Shown: positions 40,670-51,086 of the stretch, piece by piece
Position numbering within the stretch: position 1 is the stretch's first letter
Layout of the letters: the number at the start of each line of letters is the position of its first letter
Source: a virus
DNA length: 64,000 nt
Reading direction: 5' to 3' (one strand)
IMG/VR virus record: IMGVR_UViG_3300042882_000881
Coordinates: 32,001-96,000 of that record
The notes under the pieces: generated by a model
Told to the model about the DNA's origin: nothing
Seen by the model: only the letters and a program-made list of their open reading frames with translations
Databases searched by the model: none
Made by a program: the position numbers and the translations under genes

Positions 40670-41685
40670 TTTAATCCCATAACAGACTTAATTTGCTTAT
40701 ACAGTTCATTATATGCTTCTGGATTGTCCACTAAAAATTGACGAACTTTCTCAACTCCTTGAAACTTCTCTTTTGACCCTGTTAAAAATGACATGGTATA
40801 CCAAGCACCAGCTTTTGTAATAAGTCCCATATCTGTTCCTAGGGTGGTTAATTCCATTGCCTTGTCTATACCTAGACCATATCGAATGAAACTTTTTATG
40901 CTGCCGCCAGGAGGTCCAAGAGCAGAACATTGAGCATTCCAATCTATTTCTTGGCCAATTTGGGTTTCATCATCTTTTGATCCTACCTTCCAAGGCTGAT
41001 GATATTTGGCTCTTAATTTTATATCTGTTTGATATGCTATTGCTTGTCCGCTTTTTTCTTTCCATTCGCTATGTCCCATTCCAGGGTTACCCATAAGATG
41101 AGTAATTCCAATTACAATGTTTTTGTTAACAGGAATAACGTTAGCAACTTTTCTACAGAACTTTGCCAATAGTTTGGCTCCGTCTGCTCTTTGCATCTTA
41201 CTCATATCTGTTGTAATTTCTGCTTCTGTGCATAGTGCTGAGTATGAGTCTATTATAAGAACACATTCAGGTTCTTCATTAATTATTCTTTCTGCAATTT
41301 GAAGGTATTCTTCTGCATGCAGAATCTTCCCTGTTTGAGATCCTATAATATGAAACCTATCTAGATCGAGTCCTGGTATTCCTTCTAAGTCCCTTTTCTT
41401 TAGTCTACCTTCAATGTTTAGGTAAAACACTTTCCTTGGACCTCTTTCTCCATTATATTCTGGCTTTTGTGCTGTAGCACAGAAGTCTAAGGAAGTTGTG
41501 GTTTTACCACACTTTGGTTGACCTGTCAATATCACGAAACTTCCTTCTGGAACACCACCGCTCAAGATAATATCAAGAGCAGGGCTGATAGGAATAGTCA
41601 TAACCTTCTTATCAACCAGAGACTTTCCTGACAAAATAATATTATCACCAAAATCTTTTTTGACAGCTTCTTTTAAACTACTCAT
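40666..41685 (-). CDS. recA: RecA/UvsX recombinase
   Basis: LDIILSGGVP, GQPKCGKTT, IIDS, GLITKAGAWY. Confidence 0.92.
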   Translation of the reverse strand: MSSLKEAVKKDFGDNIILSGKSLVDKKVMTIPISPALDIILSGGVPEGSFVILTGQPKCGKTTTSLDFCATAQKPEYNGERGPRKVFYLNIEGRLKKRDLEGIPGLDLDRFHIIGSQTGKILHAEEYLQIAERIINEEPECVLIIDSYSALCTEAEITTDMSKMQRADGAKLLAKFCRKVANVIPVNKNIVIGITHLMGNPGMGHSEWKEKSGQAIAYQTDIKLRAKYHQPWKVGSKDDETQIGQEIDWNAQCSALGPPGGSIKSFIRYGLGIDKAMELTTLGTDMGLITKAGAWYTMSFLTGSKEKFQGVEKVRQFLVDNPEAYNELYKQIKSVMGLK

Positions 41686-42094
41686 TATCTAAATCCTCTA
41701 ATGTTGTAAGAATATTTTTACTAACGCTATGCTTTTTAATATTTGGATTCTCAATCCTGTTAATATTCAAATTGGCAGAACTAGCCTTGAGATCAGAACT
41801 CTTGGATTGTTGTTCAAGTATCATAGGGATAAAATGCTTTGCTCGCAAAGAATATATTCTTTGACCCTTTGGTGTTTTTAGGGCCTTAATAATATCCAAT
41901 GGATCGTACTGCTTAAGTAACTTATTTGCTGATGCAATTTGATCTCTATAAAACTTTGCCCATTCTTTATTATTCCAGAATCTAAAATGAAGATCTTTTT
42001 TGTCTACTTTTGCTTTGTTTTCACAAATTAATTCTGTAATAAATTGTGCCGCTGATACTTCTTTGTTATTAGAATATTTTGAGATAAAACTCAT
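41678..42094 (-). CDS. Hypothetical protein
   Basis: Coupled ORF in the operon. Confidence 0.6.
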   Translation of the reverse strand: MSFISKYSNNKEVSAAQFITELICENKAKVDKKDLHFRFWNNKEWAKFYRDQIASANKLLKQYDPLDIIKALKTPKGQRIYSLRAKHFIPMILEQQSKSSDLKASSANLNINRIENPNIKKHSVSKNILTTLEDLDNE

Positions 42095-42408
42095 TTGATC
42101 CTATAAATATTGGGATTAGACTCAGCACTTTTCCTCTGTATTGTTGCTCTGTTTGCATCATTTAATTCTGATGCTTCTTTAGTCATTATGGCAACAGAAT
42201 TGGCTTTCTTTGCAGAAGTTTCAGTAATCATTAGGTCTTTACTCGTTGGCTTCTTAATCTTAGTATACTGATGATAATCAGTGTCTAAAAATCCTTGAAG
42301 TCTTTCTTGAGATATTCCTAGTTCTTGTGCTATATTTTCTATTTGAAGATTGTTAACATCTTTTAGATAAAGAATCGCATATATTTGACTTTTGTTTAAA
42401 GCTTTCAT
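42091..42408 (-). CDS. Hypothetical HTH protein
   Basis: IENIAQELGIS helix-turn-helix-like; AAGGAG RBS. Confidence 0.55.
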   Translation of the reverse strand: MKALNKSQIYAILYLKDVNNLQIENIAQELGISQERLQGFLDTDYHQYTKIKKPTSKDLMITETSAKKANSVAIMTKEASELNDANRATIQRKSAESNPNIYRIK

Positions 42409-42418
42409 AATTTTCTCC

Positions 42419-42802
42419 TTAGTTCATTTCTCTTTGTGCGGTATTAAGCCATGCTACGTTTTTTGTTTTCAGAAAATTTAAATACATATCAAACACCTTA
42501 GGATTAACTTTGGTAAATTTCCACTCTGGTTTACCAAGTTTAGCAAGGAACTTGTTGTGATTGCCCTCAGAAAACATTCCTATAGGATTATATATTTTTC
42601 CATTTGGCCCTACCTTGATATAATAGGTTAATTGTCCCTTATATACTTTTTTAGCAAACGCTCTTGATTCTTCCTTTGTTATTGGATATCCGTCTGAATC
42701 AAAAGTATTATCTTTGCCTATGGCTGTATAATAGGTTATGGTAGGTTCACCGATATCATCTTGTTCTTTAGTTGAATATATACTCATTTGTTTTTTGTCC
42801 AT
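42419..42802 (-). CDS. Hypothetical protein
   Basis: 127-aa ORF in the operon. Confidence 0.6.
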   Translation of the reverse strand: MDKKQMSIYSTKEQDDIGEPTITYYTAIGKDNTFDSDGYPITKEESRAFAKKVYKGQLTYYIKVGPNGKIYNPIGMFSEGNHNKFLAKLGKPEWKFTKVNPKVFDMYLNFLKTKNVAWLNTAQREMN

Positions 42803-43134
42803 TTAATTTTAGGTGGTTTCTTTATGCGACTCATACCCTTTGGTAATTGCTTTTCTGAAACATCTTCTTTATATGAATTATGTTTACGATATAATTCATT
42901 TCTTTGATCCTCACTCATTCTATCAGTATTACGTTGTGCTAAATGACCAATAGTTTTTAATTCATTATCCCCCAGTTTTACAGAAGCGTTTAATGTTGAT
43001 AAATCTTCTAAATAGTCTCTTTTACAATCTGATCCACATTTATCGCAAAGATGATCTTCTCTATATTCTCTCATAGAGCATACTATTGAGAATGTTATAT
43101 TGCAGGAATCACACCTATATGAGTATTCTGGCAT
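42784..43134 (-). CDS. FmdB-family zinc-ribbon protein
   Basis: MPEYSYRCDSC...CDKCGS. Confidence 0.85.
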   Translation of the reverse strand: MPEYSYRCDSCNITFSIVCSMREYREDHLCDKCGSDCKRDYLEDLSTLNASVKLGDNELKTIGHLAQRNTDRMSEDQRNELYRKHNSYKEDVSEKQLPKGMSRIKKPPKIKWTKNK

Positions 43135-43138
43135 TATA

Positions 43139-43702
43139 TTATTTTGTATTTAAATACATACTCCACTCGCTTGGTATATCATCCCTTATTCTAGATAAAA
43201 AGTGGGTGATTGGCAAGTATTTTGTATGCTTAGTTGGTATATATGGGTGATTTAAAAGTTTCATTTTAGCTTGTTCTGGTGTTCTATTTCCTTTTTTATT
43301 ATTGCACTTTACACAAGCTGTTACTATATTTGTCCATGTTGTGGGTGAACCATGTTTTCTATTCCAAACAGACTTTGGAATAATATGATCATATGTTAAT
43401 GATGCTTCAGATACATCTAGTCCACAATATTGACAAGTAAAATCATCTCGTATAAATACATTTTTCCTAGAAAAGTTTACTCGTTGACTATTTAATCTAT
43501 AGTAAGTTTTGCTTTTTATAACTGATGGTATTGGATATTTTTTGCCACATGTGCCTTGTATATAATCATCTTTATAGAAGTCTATTATTTCAATATTAGA
43601 ATTTTCTTTTGTTAACCACGTTATTGCTCTTTTCCAATCAACAATTATTAATGGACTATAATCTCCATTTAAAACTAAACACCTAGTATTTTCCTGTTTC
43701 AT
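43139..43702 (-). CDS. HNH endonuclease (McrA-like)
   Basis: RDDFTCQYCG, TYDHIIP, NIVTAC..CNNKKG. Confidence 0.9.
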   Translation of the reverse strand: MKQENTRCLVLNGDYSPLIIVDWKRAITWLTKENSNIEIIDFYKDDYIQGTCGKKYPIPSVIKSKTYYRLNSQRVNFSRKNVFIRDDFTCQYCGLDVSEASLTYDHIIPKSVWNRKHGSPTTWTNIVTACVKCNNKKGNRTPEQAKMKLLNHPYIPTKHTKYLPITHFLSRIRDDIPSEWSMYLNTK

Positions 43703-44420
43703 TTTCGTAAATTTCTAATCTTTCTAATATTTTTATTATTATAGGATTTCTAACTATATCTGATGATTCTAATTTAATAATACCAACATTATCTATACTG
43801 GTAAGAGTATTCATCAGATCATTAAAGCCACCTTGCATATGCCTACTAAGATCAGATTGTTTAATATCACCAGTTAATACCATTTTACTATTTTGGCCAA
43901 CTCTGGTTAGTAACATTTTTAATTGATCATATGATGCATTTTGACATTCATCAGCAATAATAAAAGCGTCATGAAAATTTCGACCTCTCATGAGTCCTAA
44001 TGGAACAACCTCTATTTTATTATTCAACTTTAATGAAGCATATTGAGATACTGGTATAAAGTGTAAGATTTCATCAACTATTGGTAATAGATAAGGATGA
44101 AGTTTTTCCTCTGCTGTTCCTGGTAGATATCCTATTCTTTCTCCTGCTTCTATAACTGGTCGTGTTATAATTATCTTTTTAACTTTTTCTTCTAATAAGT
44201 ATTCAAGTCCAACACCAACTGCAATATGTGTTTTACCACTACCAGCGAGTCCTTGGCAAAAAGTTATTGTGTTCTTATTGATTTCTTCAATATATTTTTT
44301 TTGATTAAGCGTTCTAGGCTTTAATTTATTCCTATAAGCATAACCACTATTAGAATTTGGATTTAAAGAATTTGTAGCATCAATAACATTTTTTTTCTTG
44401 TTCTTATTATTTTTTCTCAA
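43683..44420 (-). CDS. phoH: PhoH family ATPase
   Basis: GLAGSGKT, ITRP, GYLPG, MRGR, DECQN, GD..QSD. Confidence 0.95.
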   Translation of the reverse strand: MRKNNKNKKKNVIDATNSLNPNSNSGYAYRNKLKPRTLNQKKYIEEINKNTITFCQGLAGSGKTHIAVGVGLEYLLEEKVKKIIITRPVIEAGERIGYLPGTAEEKLHPYLLPIVDEILHFIPVSQYASLKLNNKIEVVPLGLMRGRNFHDAFIIADECQNASYDQLKMLLTRVGQNSKMVLTGDIKQSDLSRHMQGGFNDLMNTLTSIDNVGIIKLESSDIVRNPIIIKILERLEIYENETGKY

Positions 44421-44442
44421 TGATATACCCTTTAGTATAGAG

Positions 44443-46638
44443 TTAAATTAGACAGGCGCCGCCAGCACAACTAATTTCCTCTATCCCGGCAGTATTATCT
44501 TCTGTTTCTAATAGTTGTGTATAATCAACTTTTTGAAAACTATTAAATAGATCACAATAAAGCTTCCAATTATAAACATCTTTCATACAGTATGTTAATC
44601 GTTTAACATCTCCATCAAAATATTTACCAGCAAAATTCTTCATTTTGGTAATAAATACTAATTTATCCTCATTATCATTTTCTTTGGCTTGATTTAAACT
44701 AACATAATCACATGCTGCCCATAGATTATGATTAAAAGCATTTAAAGCTAGTTCTATTAATCCTGAACACCATAATGCAGCATCACCATATTCTTTAACA
44801 ATTTCACGGCTAGTATAAACTGTTGTGAATGGTGCTTGTGGATAATCTTTATCTCCACTTTGTGGAATCAAACTTATTCCAGCAAAATATTTACGATTAT
44901 CATAAATGTATTTTGTAACAGAGTCCCATTCATCTGGCTTTACTGTTACAGTATTGCTAACATTATGACTAAGATAATCTTGGGTACATAATGATTTATT
45001 TTTACCAGAATTTACCCAATATCTTTGAGTATCTTTCACAACACTAAGCATTTCCACAGCAGGAAGTTGGTTCTTTAATTTTGCTCCGTCTGGAACTTCT
45101 ATGGGGAATTTAACCACTTCATCAGTGTCATTAGCAGACCATGAAGATTTTTCACATGCTTGAGGATTAACTTTCTTAAAGTGTTGATATGGTGCCTCTA
45201 ATATATTGGCCTGAACATGACGAATATATCTTTTAGCATGATGAGGATGAATACCAGAACTTGTACCAAGCATGCTTGAACTTGTTCCTTCTGGTTTTAA
45301 ACAGGTAACTCTAGCAGCCTGATTTATACCTATCTTTTTTGATATTTCCTTATTTGTTTCAACAGCTATTTTTGCTCCTGCCCTAAGAACCTTTTCAGAT
45401 AACACAAGATCGTGTTTTTCCATTGTTCCAGTTAGTGATACTCCTAACAGAGCTTCTCTTTCAAAGATCTTTTCACTAATTTCACCAAGATAATCTAACT
45501 TAGTAAATCCAGCTTGTAGAGTACCTATTATAGCAGCAGCACGGCATCTTTCATAAAAATCTTCTTCATCTTCAACGCTAGAACAGTTAATTGTTGATAG
45601 GTTGCATCCTTGCCAGCCACTCTTGCCACTAGCCTCGTCAACGGGCCACATGCCAATTTCTACGCATGGATTAAAAATCATTTCGGTAGACTCACTCCAG
45701 ATAAAACCGGGCTCTCCAAACTCTTTCACGCTTTCCATGAGAGTTTCAAATTGTTCCAATGTTGTTTCATCTTTTAATAGCAAAGCAGAGTTATTACTTC
45801 GTGCCCTTTGTGGATTTTCTATATACCAGTTGCCCGTTTTTGCCTTTGCCATTTCTTCATCATCAGGACTAAATAGTGCTAAACTGGCTGATCTACGAAC
45901 TCCACCACTTAATACAGCATCACTGCTATGCATAACTATATCATATGCGTCTATTGGTCGTAGTTTCTTTTGACCATTCTTGATACATCTGTCAAGTAGT
46001 GTTCTGATCTTTTCTAAGCCCTTTTGAAGAGGTTCAAATCCTGGGGCTTTGCCAATGCCAGAACTTAATTCTGAACCTTTTTCTCGTATGTTAGAATAGT
46101 CAAATACAACATAACTATTCTTATACATCTTAAATTCTTCAACAGGCTTGCTAGAATAACTGCTTAATAAGACCCCAAGAGCATCTGCCCAGCCTTCAAT
46201 ACTATCTTCTATGGTATATTTAATACCTTCATTATTTTCTGGAATATCATGTTCTAATGTTGGAAGTTTTGAAACATGATGCTTTTGAACACTAAATCCT
46301 GTTCCGCTTCCGCACAATAATAACCAAAAACACTCTTGAAAAAATCGTAATCTGTCACAATATGAACTTGTGCAGTTATATATTTTTGCGTGTCTTTTAA
46401 GAATAGGATCACCACCAAATTGTAATCCTCTTTGACTACCAAGAACCTTTTTCTTATACATTATTTCGTATGCCCAATCAATATTTTCAGAAATATTTTT
46501 ATCAGCATATTTAGTATGCATCATATTCTTAACTCTTTCAACCGCCTCTTTCCAAGTTTCCCTTCTATTCTTATCTGAGAGCCAGCGAGCATATTTACTA
46601 ACGAATGTATAGTTCTGTAATTCTTGTAATGATGACAT
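44443..46638 (-). CDS. nrdJ: Class II (adenosylcobalamin) ribonucleotide reductase, RTPR-like
   Basis: YNC, GGVRRSA, NPCVEI, GCNL, KPEGT, C-terminal CAGGAC; no beta subunit gene nearby. Confidence 0.88.
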   Translation of the reverse strand: MSSLQELQNYTFVSKYARWLSDKNRRETWKEAVERVKNMMHTKYADKNISENIDWAYEIMYKKKVLGSQRGLQFGGDPILKRHAKIYNCTSSYCDRLRFFQECFWLLLCGSGTGFSVQKHHVSKLPTLEHDIPENNEGIKYTIEDSIEGWADALGVLLSSYSSKPVEEFKMYKNSYVVFDYSNIREKGSELSSGIGKAPGFEPLQKGLEKIRTLLDRCIKNGQKKLRPIDAYDIVMHSSDAVLSGGVRRSASLALFSPDDEEMAKAKTGNWYIENPQRARSNNSALLLKDETTLEQFETLMESVKEFGEPGFIWSESTEMIFNPCVEIGMWPVDEASGKSGWQGCNLSTINCSSVEDEEDFYERCRAAAIIGTLQAGFTKLDYLGEISEKIFEREALLGVSLTGTMEKHDLVLSEKVLRAGAKIAVETNKEISKKIGINQAARVTCLKPEGTSSSMLGTSSGIHPHHAKRYIRHVQANILEAPYQHFKKVNPQACEKSSWSANDTDEVVKFPIEVPDGAKLKNQLPAVEMLSVVKDTQRYWVNSGKNKSLCTQDYLSHNVSNTVTVKPDEWDSVTKYIYDNRKYFAGISLIPQSGDKDYPQAPFTTVYTSREIVKEYGDAALWCSGLIELALNAFNHNLWAACDYVSLNQAKENDNEDKLVFITKMKNFAGKYFDGDVKRLTYCMKDVYNWKLYCDLFNSFQKVDYTQLLETEDNTAGIEEISCAGGACLI

Positions 46639-46640
46639 AT

Positions 46641-46772
46641 TTATTTCTTTAAAAGAGATATTATTCCTAGTATAATTGTTGAAAAAATTGAGACTTGTAC
46701 GTTTGAATTATTTTGTATAATATTATATAATGTTATGAATAATGATATAATGAATATTGTTTTATATATCAT
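46641..46772 (-). CDS. Small two-TM membrane protein (43 aa; absent from the ORF track)
   Basis: MIYKTIFIISLFITLYNIIQNNSNVQVSIFSTIILGIISLLKK fills the gap between the deaminase and nrdJ. Confidence 0.55.
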   Translation of the reverse strand: MIYKTIFIISLFITLYNIIQNNSNVQVSIFSTIILGIISLLKK

Positions 46773-47229
46773 CTATACACCTTCTTAGCCACGACAGATC
46801 AGGAGTAACTCTGAATATTTTTATGCCACTCATTGAAACAAATGTGTCAAAAATCTGTTGTTGTTTTTCATCAAACAATTTTGTACCGTGACTATTAGCC
46901 ATTACAACAGTTTTTATTCCTTCTTGCCACAATGCCATGATGCAATCATTACAGCATTGACCAGTTACATAAGCTATTCCATTCTCTGGACGTATTGTAC
47001 AATTGGATAACGCATTTCTTTCAGCATGAATCATCCAGTTATATTTTTCTGGACGATTTGTTGGTAGAGATTCATCATCTAGACCTCTTGGAAATCCATT
47101 GTATCCTAATCCCAGAATTCTATTGTGAGAGTCTGTAATGATACAACCATGCTGAGTATGAACGTCGTGGCTTTTTTTAGACGCGACCACTGCGAGTCCT
47201 AAGAAATAATTTGTCCACGAAAGCTTCAT
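46762..47229 (-). CDS. dCMP deaminase
   Basis: W..YFL.LA, GYNG, HAERNA, CCNDC; start at MKLSW. Confidence 0.92.
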   Translation of the reverse strand: MKLSWTNYFLGLAVVASKKSHDVHTQHGCIITDSHNRILGLGYNGFPRGLDDESLPTNRPEKYNWMIHAERNALSNCTIRPENGIAYVTGQCCNDCIMALWQEGIKTVVMANSHGTKLFDEKQQQIFDTFVSMSGIKIFRVTPDLSWLRRCIDDI

Positions 47230-47234
47230 GTTGT

Positions 47235-47262
47235 ATGATAACGTGATCAGGAAAAAAGTCAA
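47235..47262 (-). promoter_or_regulatory. Sigma70-like promoter, probably giving a leaderless dCMP deaminase mRNA
   Basis: TTGACT-N16-TATCAT, ATG 5 nt downstream, no SD. Confidence 0.65.
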
Positions 47263-47277
47263 TTGGCCTTAGTCTTA

Positions 47278-49257
47278 TTAAAAACTAAAATCTTTACAGC
47301 TATTAATCTCTTTAACATCTTCTAATATAGACTTTATTAGATCTTGAACTTTCTTTTTGATATCACCAAATAATTCCGATGCTTCATCTGCTTCGTTTTT
47401 GATATTTAGACTGGGTAATACTATTGATATTAAAAATAAGAATTCAATAAAACCAAATCGTTCTTCTTGCATATATATACTTGGATATCCCAAGCAATTA
47501 TTTGGCATTGCGTATTCACCACAATTTACAGGACCATTTTTTTTGTCATCTTTTGGATTTGGATCATTTCCCCAGTTTTGGTCGGTTCTATTTGGCCAAG
47601 TATATTCGCAAAATGAACCATCTACACCTCCTATTCTTTTGAGTGGTCTACCAAGATCTTGTGATGTTCGTATTAATCTATCTAATGGAGACAATCCACA
47701 CGAAGGTAGTCTTGTTGCATTCAAAACTTTTACCAAATCACCCATTAAACTAGCTATATCACCATTATCACAACTTTTTGTATTACCATTTTCATCTATA
47801 TAAGTAACTACATTTTGACCCCTATTCCATGCTATACTTGGCTTAAATTCGTATTGTATAGCTAATTGACCATCTGTTTTTGTTATTCCTATTATTTTTG
47901 TGACCCCACTACACTGAGTATAAGGATCATTTTGATTTTTAATTAAATTTTGAGCATCAGCTATTGTAAAATCATCATCTATTGATCGTCCCATATTTTC
48001 AAGATCATTCGCAGTGAAATATTGTGTACTTATTACTCTGCAATTAGGATCTAATGTTTCCATTATTGGTTTAATACAAGCATTTGCTTCGGCCACCTCT
48101 TTCCAATAGACTCCATTTGGTGGAGCAAAAGTCTCAGAGTGTCTTTTTCCGCACAGATTTCTTGATCCTTGACAAGCCTCCAGTGCTCTTCCAGACAGGC
48201 CTGCACAATTATGTCTTTCATAACCTCCAAGGCTATTTCCTATTGTTAAAGTTAAATATTGTCTTAAAGTATAATTAGTGTTACCTCCCGCTCCCGCTAG
48301 TAGCCCTAGAGCACCTTTTAAATTACTTAACCATAGTCCAGAATTTAGATTAGCTTTATTAAATTCTTCGCTTAAGGCGCCGTTTATAAAGTCGTTTACC
48401 ATTGTGGTATATGCTCCGACTATTCGTCCGGGCAAACTCTTTAAAAGGGCTGCTTTTGCTTCTGGGCCATCATATTTTTCAAGTAACTTAAGATATATCT
48501 TCTTAGGAGCAGGGTCAGAAATCTTTCCTATATATGAGTCTCCTTGTTCTTGCACCCAGATATCTCCACGAGTAACAGTTTCGTAAACAGCAACGAAAAT
48601 TTGACCTTTGCATGTTGAACTTAGAGAAGGAAGATCCTCGAATTTTATTATGAATTTAGAATCACAAACTGTTCCTATTTGTATTTCAGCATCTTCTGTT
48701 AATTCGAAAGTTGTATACGTTACCTCATTATGAAGAGTTTCATCACGTACCTCTACCCAATTTTTACTTATTGTATAAATTCCATTCATACAATTATTAG
48801 GAACGGTCCATCCAGCAAAAGGACTAATGCAGCTATTCTCATATGCAGGACAATCACTAAACCAATCAGCATCTGCCCAGGCTCCTATGTTATCACATAA
48901 TGTGACCGGAGATCCTGTAGCATCTCCACCAAAATTCCCCTCACGAGTACCACATAATTTATTACGCATATAATCTGTAATAGCTTTCTCAACGAGGAAG
49001 CAATTATTAAGACCATTATACCCTTTTGTTCCAAGTGTTGCTTGAATTACAGCTTTAACTTTAGCTTTTCCTGATTTTATATTATCTTCTGTGCAAACAT
49101 TTCTATTTCCACAAAAAGCATTTAGTTTACTAGCAATTAAAGATACTCCTTGTGGGCCAGTAATAGCCTCTATTATTTGTGGATGAATTACACCTGTGAT
49201 ATGATTTATGATAGCGTCTACGCAAGCTTTTAGAGGACCAGAACAATCTGTTGCCAT
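47278..49257 (-). CDS. Cys-rich hypothetical protein
   Basis: 659 aa, AAGGA RBS, >20 Cys, hydrophobic stretch near the C-terminus. Confidence 0.6.
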   Translation of the reverse strand: MATDCSGPLKACVDAIINHITGVIHPQIIEAITGPQGVSLIASKLNAFCGNRNVCTEDNIKSGKAKVKAVIQATLGTKGYNGLNNCFLVEKAITDYMRNKLCGTREGNFGGDATGSPVTLCDNIGAWADADWFSDCPAYENSCISPFAGWTVPNNCMNGIYTISKNWVEVRDETLHNEVTYTTFELTEDAEIQIGTVCDSKFIIKFEDLPSLSSTCKGQIFVAVYETVTRGDIWVQEQGDSYIGKISDPAPKKIYLKLLEKYDGPEAKAALLKSLPGRIVGAYTTMVNDFINGALSEEFNKANLNSGLWLSNLKGALGLLAGAGGNTNYTLRQYLTLTIGNSLGGYERHNCAGLSGRALEACQGSRNLCGKRHSETFAPPNGVYWKEVAEANACIKPIMETLDPNCRVISTQYFTANDLENMGRSIDDDFTIADAQNLIKNQNDPYTQCSGVTKIIGITKTDGQLAIQYEFKPSIAWNRGQNVVTYIDENGNTKSCDNGDIASLMGDLVKVLNATRLPSCGLSPLDRLIRTSQDLGRPLKRIGGVDGSFCEYTWPNRTDQNWGNDPNPKDDKKNGPVNCGEYAMPNNCLGYPSIYMQEERFGFIEFLFLISIVLPSLNIKNEADEASELFGDIKKKVQDLIKSILEDVKEINSCKDFSF

Positions 49258-49280
49258 TTTTAATTCCTTTTATTAATTTA

Positions 49281-50162
49281 TTAATTTGGTTTTGATATAT
49301 TTATTGTTTGACTTGGTTTATCATAAGTTCCATTTTTTGTAATAACAGTTAATGGCTTATTATTTGAATCAACAGACAGATTAAAATCACTATTTAGAAT
49401 ATTAGTAATGCCTACCTTGTCAAGAGAAAAACCAAATAGATATTGCTTAGCAGTAAGAGATAGTGCTGGTAACTGATTAACAAAGTCCCAAACATAAGGA
49501 GCTAATCCATTATTTGGCATTAAATTTGAATTAAATTTTAATAAGCTTTCAATAAGAAATACTTCTTCTGTTGATAGTTCTAAATCATTTTTATAATTGT
49601 TCTTAATTTTAAAGTTATAATTTGAATCTTTTGTGGTTATTGAACTTAGTAAGTTTAATGATAGATCATCTACTATCCAAGATTTAACTCTGTTAGTATC
49701 AATATTTAATTTATTTCTGATAAATCCACCAGAAGTTTGAAGAGTAAAATCAACAAATACATTAAGTCCATCACTATACATAGTATCTGATAGCGTATTA
49801 TAAAGTTGATCTAATAAATCTCTGTCTGATGCTGATTCAAATGATAATTCTGGAAATACTGAACTATGATAATTATTACCTTGCTCTAATGTTATATTAT
49901 ATTTTGATTCTAAAAAATCTAACCATTGATCACCAGTAATTACTGATGTTGATGATGGAGCCAAAATATTTAATAGATCATAGTAGTACGATCCGTTGTT
50001 GTTTCTTACAGCAACATTAGATTTAACATAAATATCTGCATTAATGACAAATTTATATGTGGGGTCAGTTTTCAAAACTCTATGCTTTAAGATCATGCAT
50101 GGAATTCTGGTTTTGTGCCATTCGCCAGATGTGAGTTTTATATTTGTATTTTTAGTATTCAT
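49281..50162 (-). CDS. Hypothetical protein
   Basis: 293-aa ORF. Confidence 0.6.
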   Translation of the reverse strand: MNTKNTNIKLTSGEWHKTRIPCMILKHRVLKTDPTYKFVINADIYVKSNVAVRNNNGSYYYDLLNILAPSSTSVITGDQWLDFLESKYNITLEQGNNYHSSVFPELSFESASDRDLLDQLYNTLSDTMYSDGLNVFVDFTLQTSGGFIRNKLNIDTNRVKSWIVDDLSLNLLSSITTKDSNYNFKIKNNYKNDLELSTEEVFLIESLLKFNSNLMPNNGLAPYVWDFVNQLPALSLTAKQYLFGFSLDKVGITNILNSDFNLSVDSNNKPLTVITKNGTYDKPSQTINISKPN

Positions 50163-50401
50163 AGTCTAGACTCTACAACCTTTGGTGCATTATTTAATAA
50201 TTTGTATGACACATAACCTTTTACTAATGATCTATTATGAGTATAAATTGGGTCTAAATTAATAGTTCCCTTATTATATGTATTTTGATTAGAAGTATAA
50301 GAAGAAGCCACAGCACAACAATTTAAACCATCAGATGCTGACTGCATTCTGGAAGTTCCTCTTGTTGGTGGTCTATCGGGTGATGGACTATAAGAAGACA
50401 T
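50159..50401 (-). CDS. Hypothetical protein
   Basis: 80 aa, ATGA-coupled to the next gene, downstream of a GGTGTA motif. Confidence 0.55.
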   Translation of the reverse strand: MSSYSPSPDRPPTRGTSRMQSASDGLNCCAVASSYTSNQNTYNKGTINLDPIYTHNRSLVKGYVSYKLLNNAPKVVESRL

Positions 50402-50438
50402 AGTTTGACCTATTTATTTAGAGAATTAAATCAATGTA

Positions 50439-50447
50439 TAATACACC
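50439..50447 (-). promoter_or_regulatory. Putative phage late promoter GGTGTAWWA
   Basis: GGTGTATTA about 40 nt upstream of the ATG; same motif at 56384 and 57299. Confidence 0.55.
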
Positions 50448-50454
50448 GGCATAT

Positions 50455-50700
50455 TTATTTTTGTAGTTTATTGTACACTACTAAGGCTAGTACTGATCCA
50501 ATAATACCCATAAAAATACCAGCAGGAGAAACTGCATCATATGTTCCTAATAGGTACAATATTGAACCCCCAACATATGATCCAGCAACACCAAGAGCTA
50601 TTGTTTTTACAAATCCGAAATTTTCTTCACCAGGAACTAGAGCTTTGGCTATAGCACCAGTAAATATACCATAAACACACCATACTAAAAGATTAAACAT
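50455..50700 (-). CDS. GlsB/YeaQ/YmgE (transglycosylase-associated) membrane protein
   Basis: G..AKALVPG....GF..TIALGVAGSYVGG; three TM segments. Confidence 0.88.
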   Translation of the reverse strand: MFNLLVWCVYGIFTGAIAKALVPGEENFGFVKTIALGVAGSYVGGSILYLLGTYDAVSPAGIFMGIIGSVLALVVYNKLQK

Positions 50701-51085
50701 TCGCGGCCTCCACTAGGGTTGAAACTTCCTCGTCCGTGAGATTCTCTCCTATATCAAGCAATGCTTCAGTTAATTTAATACCATATTTATTAAATTCATC
50801 TTGAGTTAATTCTTTTCTGATTACTCTTTTAATTCTCATACGAGTAAACCAGCCTCTTTTTTTGCTGAAAGATCTTATACTTTCACCATAAGTGGCACAC
50901 TTATCTTGAGCAGTCATATTCTCTGTTTTATTCTTATTACATTCTTGTAAAACTCTGATAACAGTAAGAATAATACTTATAACCATTAAGATAGCTATAA
51001 TACTGCCAAATTTTTCGTCCTCATTAATATTAACTCTTTTCAATACTTTTTTAGCTAATTCTTTTAGTTCTTCATTTTCTGACAT
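50693..51085 (-). CDS. Single-TM hypothetical protein
   Basis: FGSIIAILMVISIILTVI. Confidence 0.6.
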   Translation of the reverse strand: MSENEELKELAKKVLKRVNINEDEKFGSIIAILMVISIILTVIRVLQECNKNKTENMTAQDKCATYGESIRSFSKKRGWFTRMRIKRVIRKELTQDEFNKYGIKLTEALLDIGENLTDEEVSTLVEAANV

Positions 51086-51086
51086 A

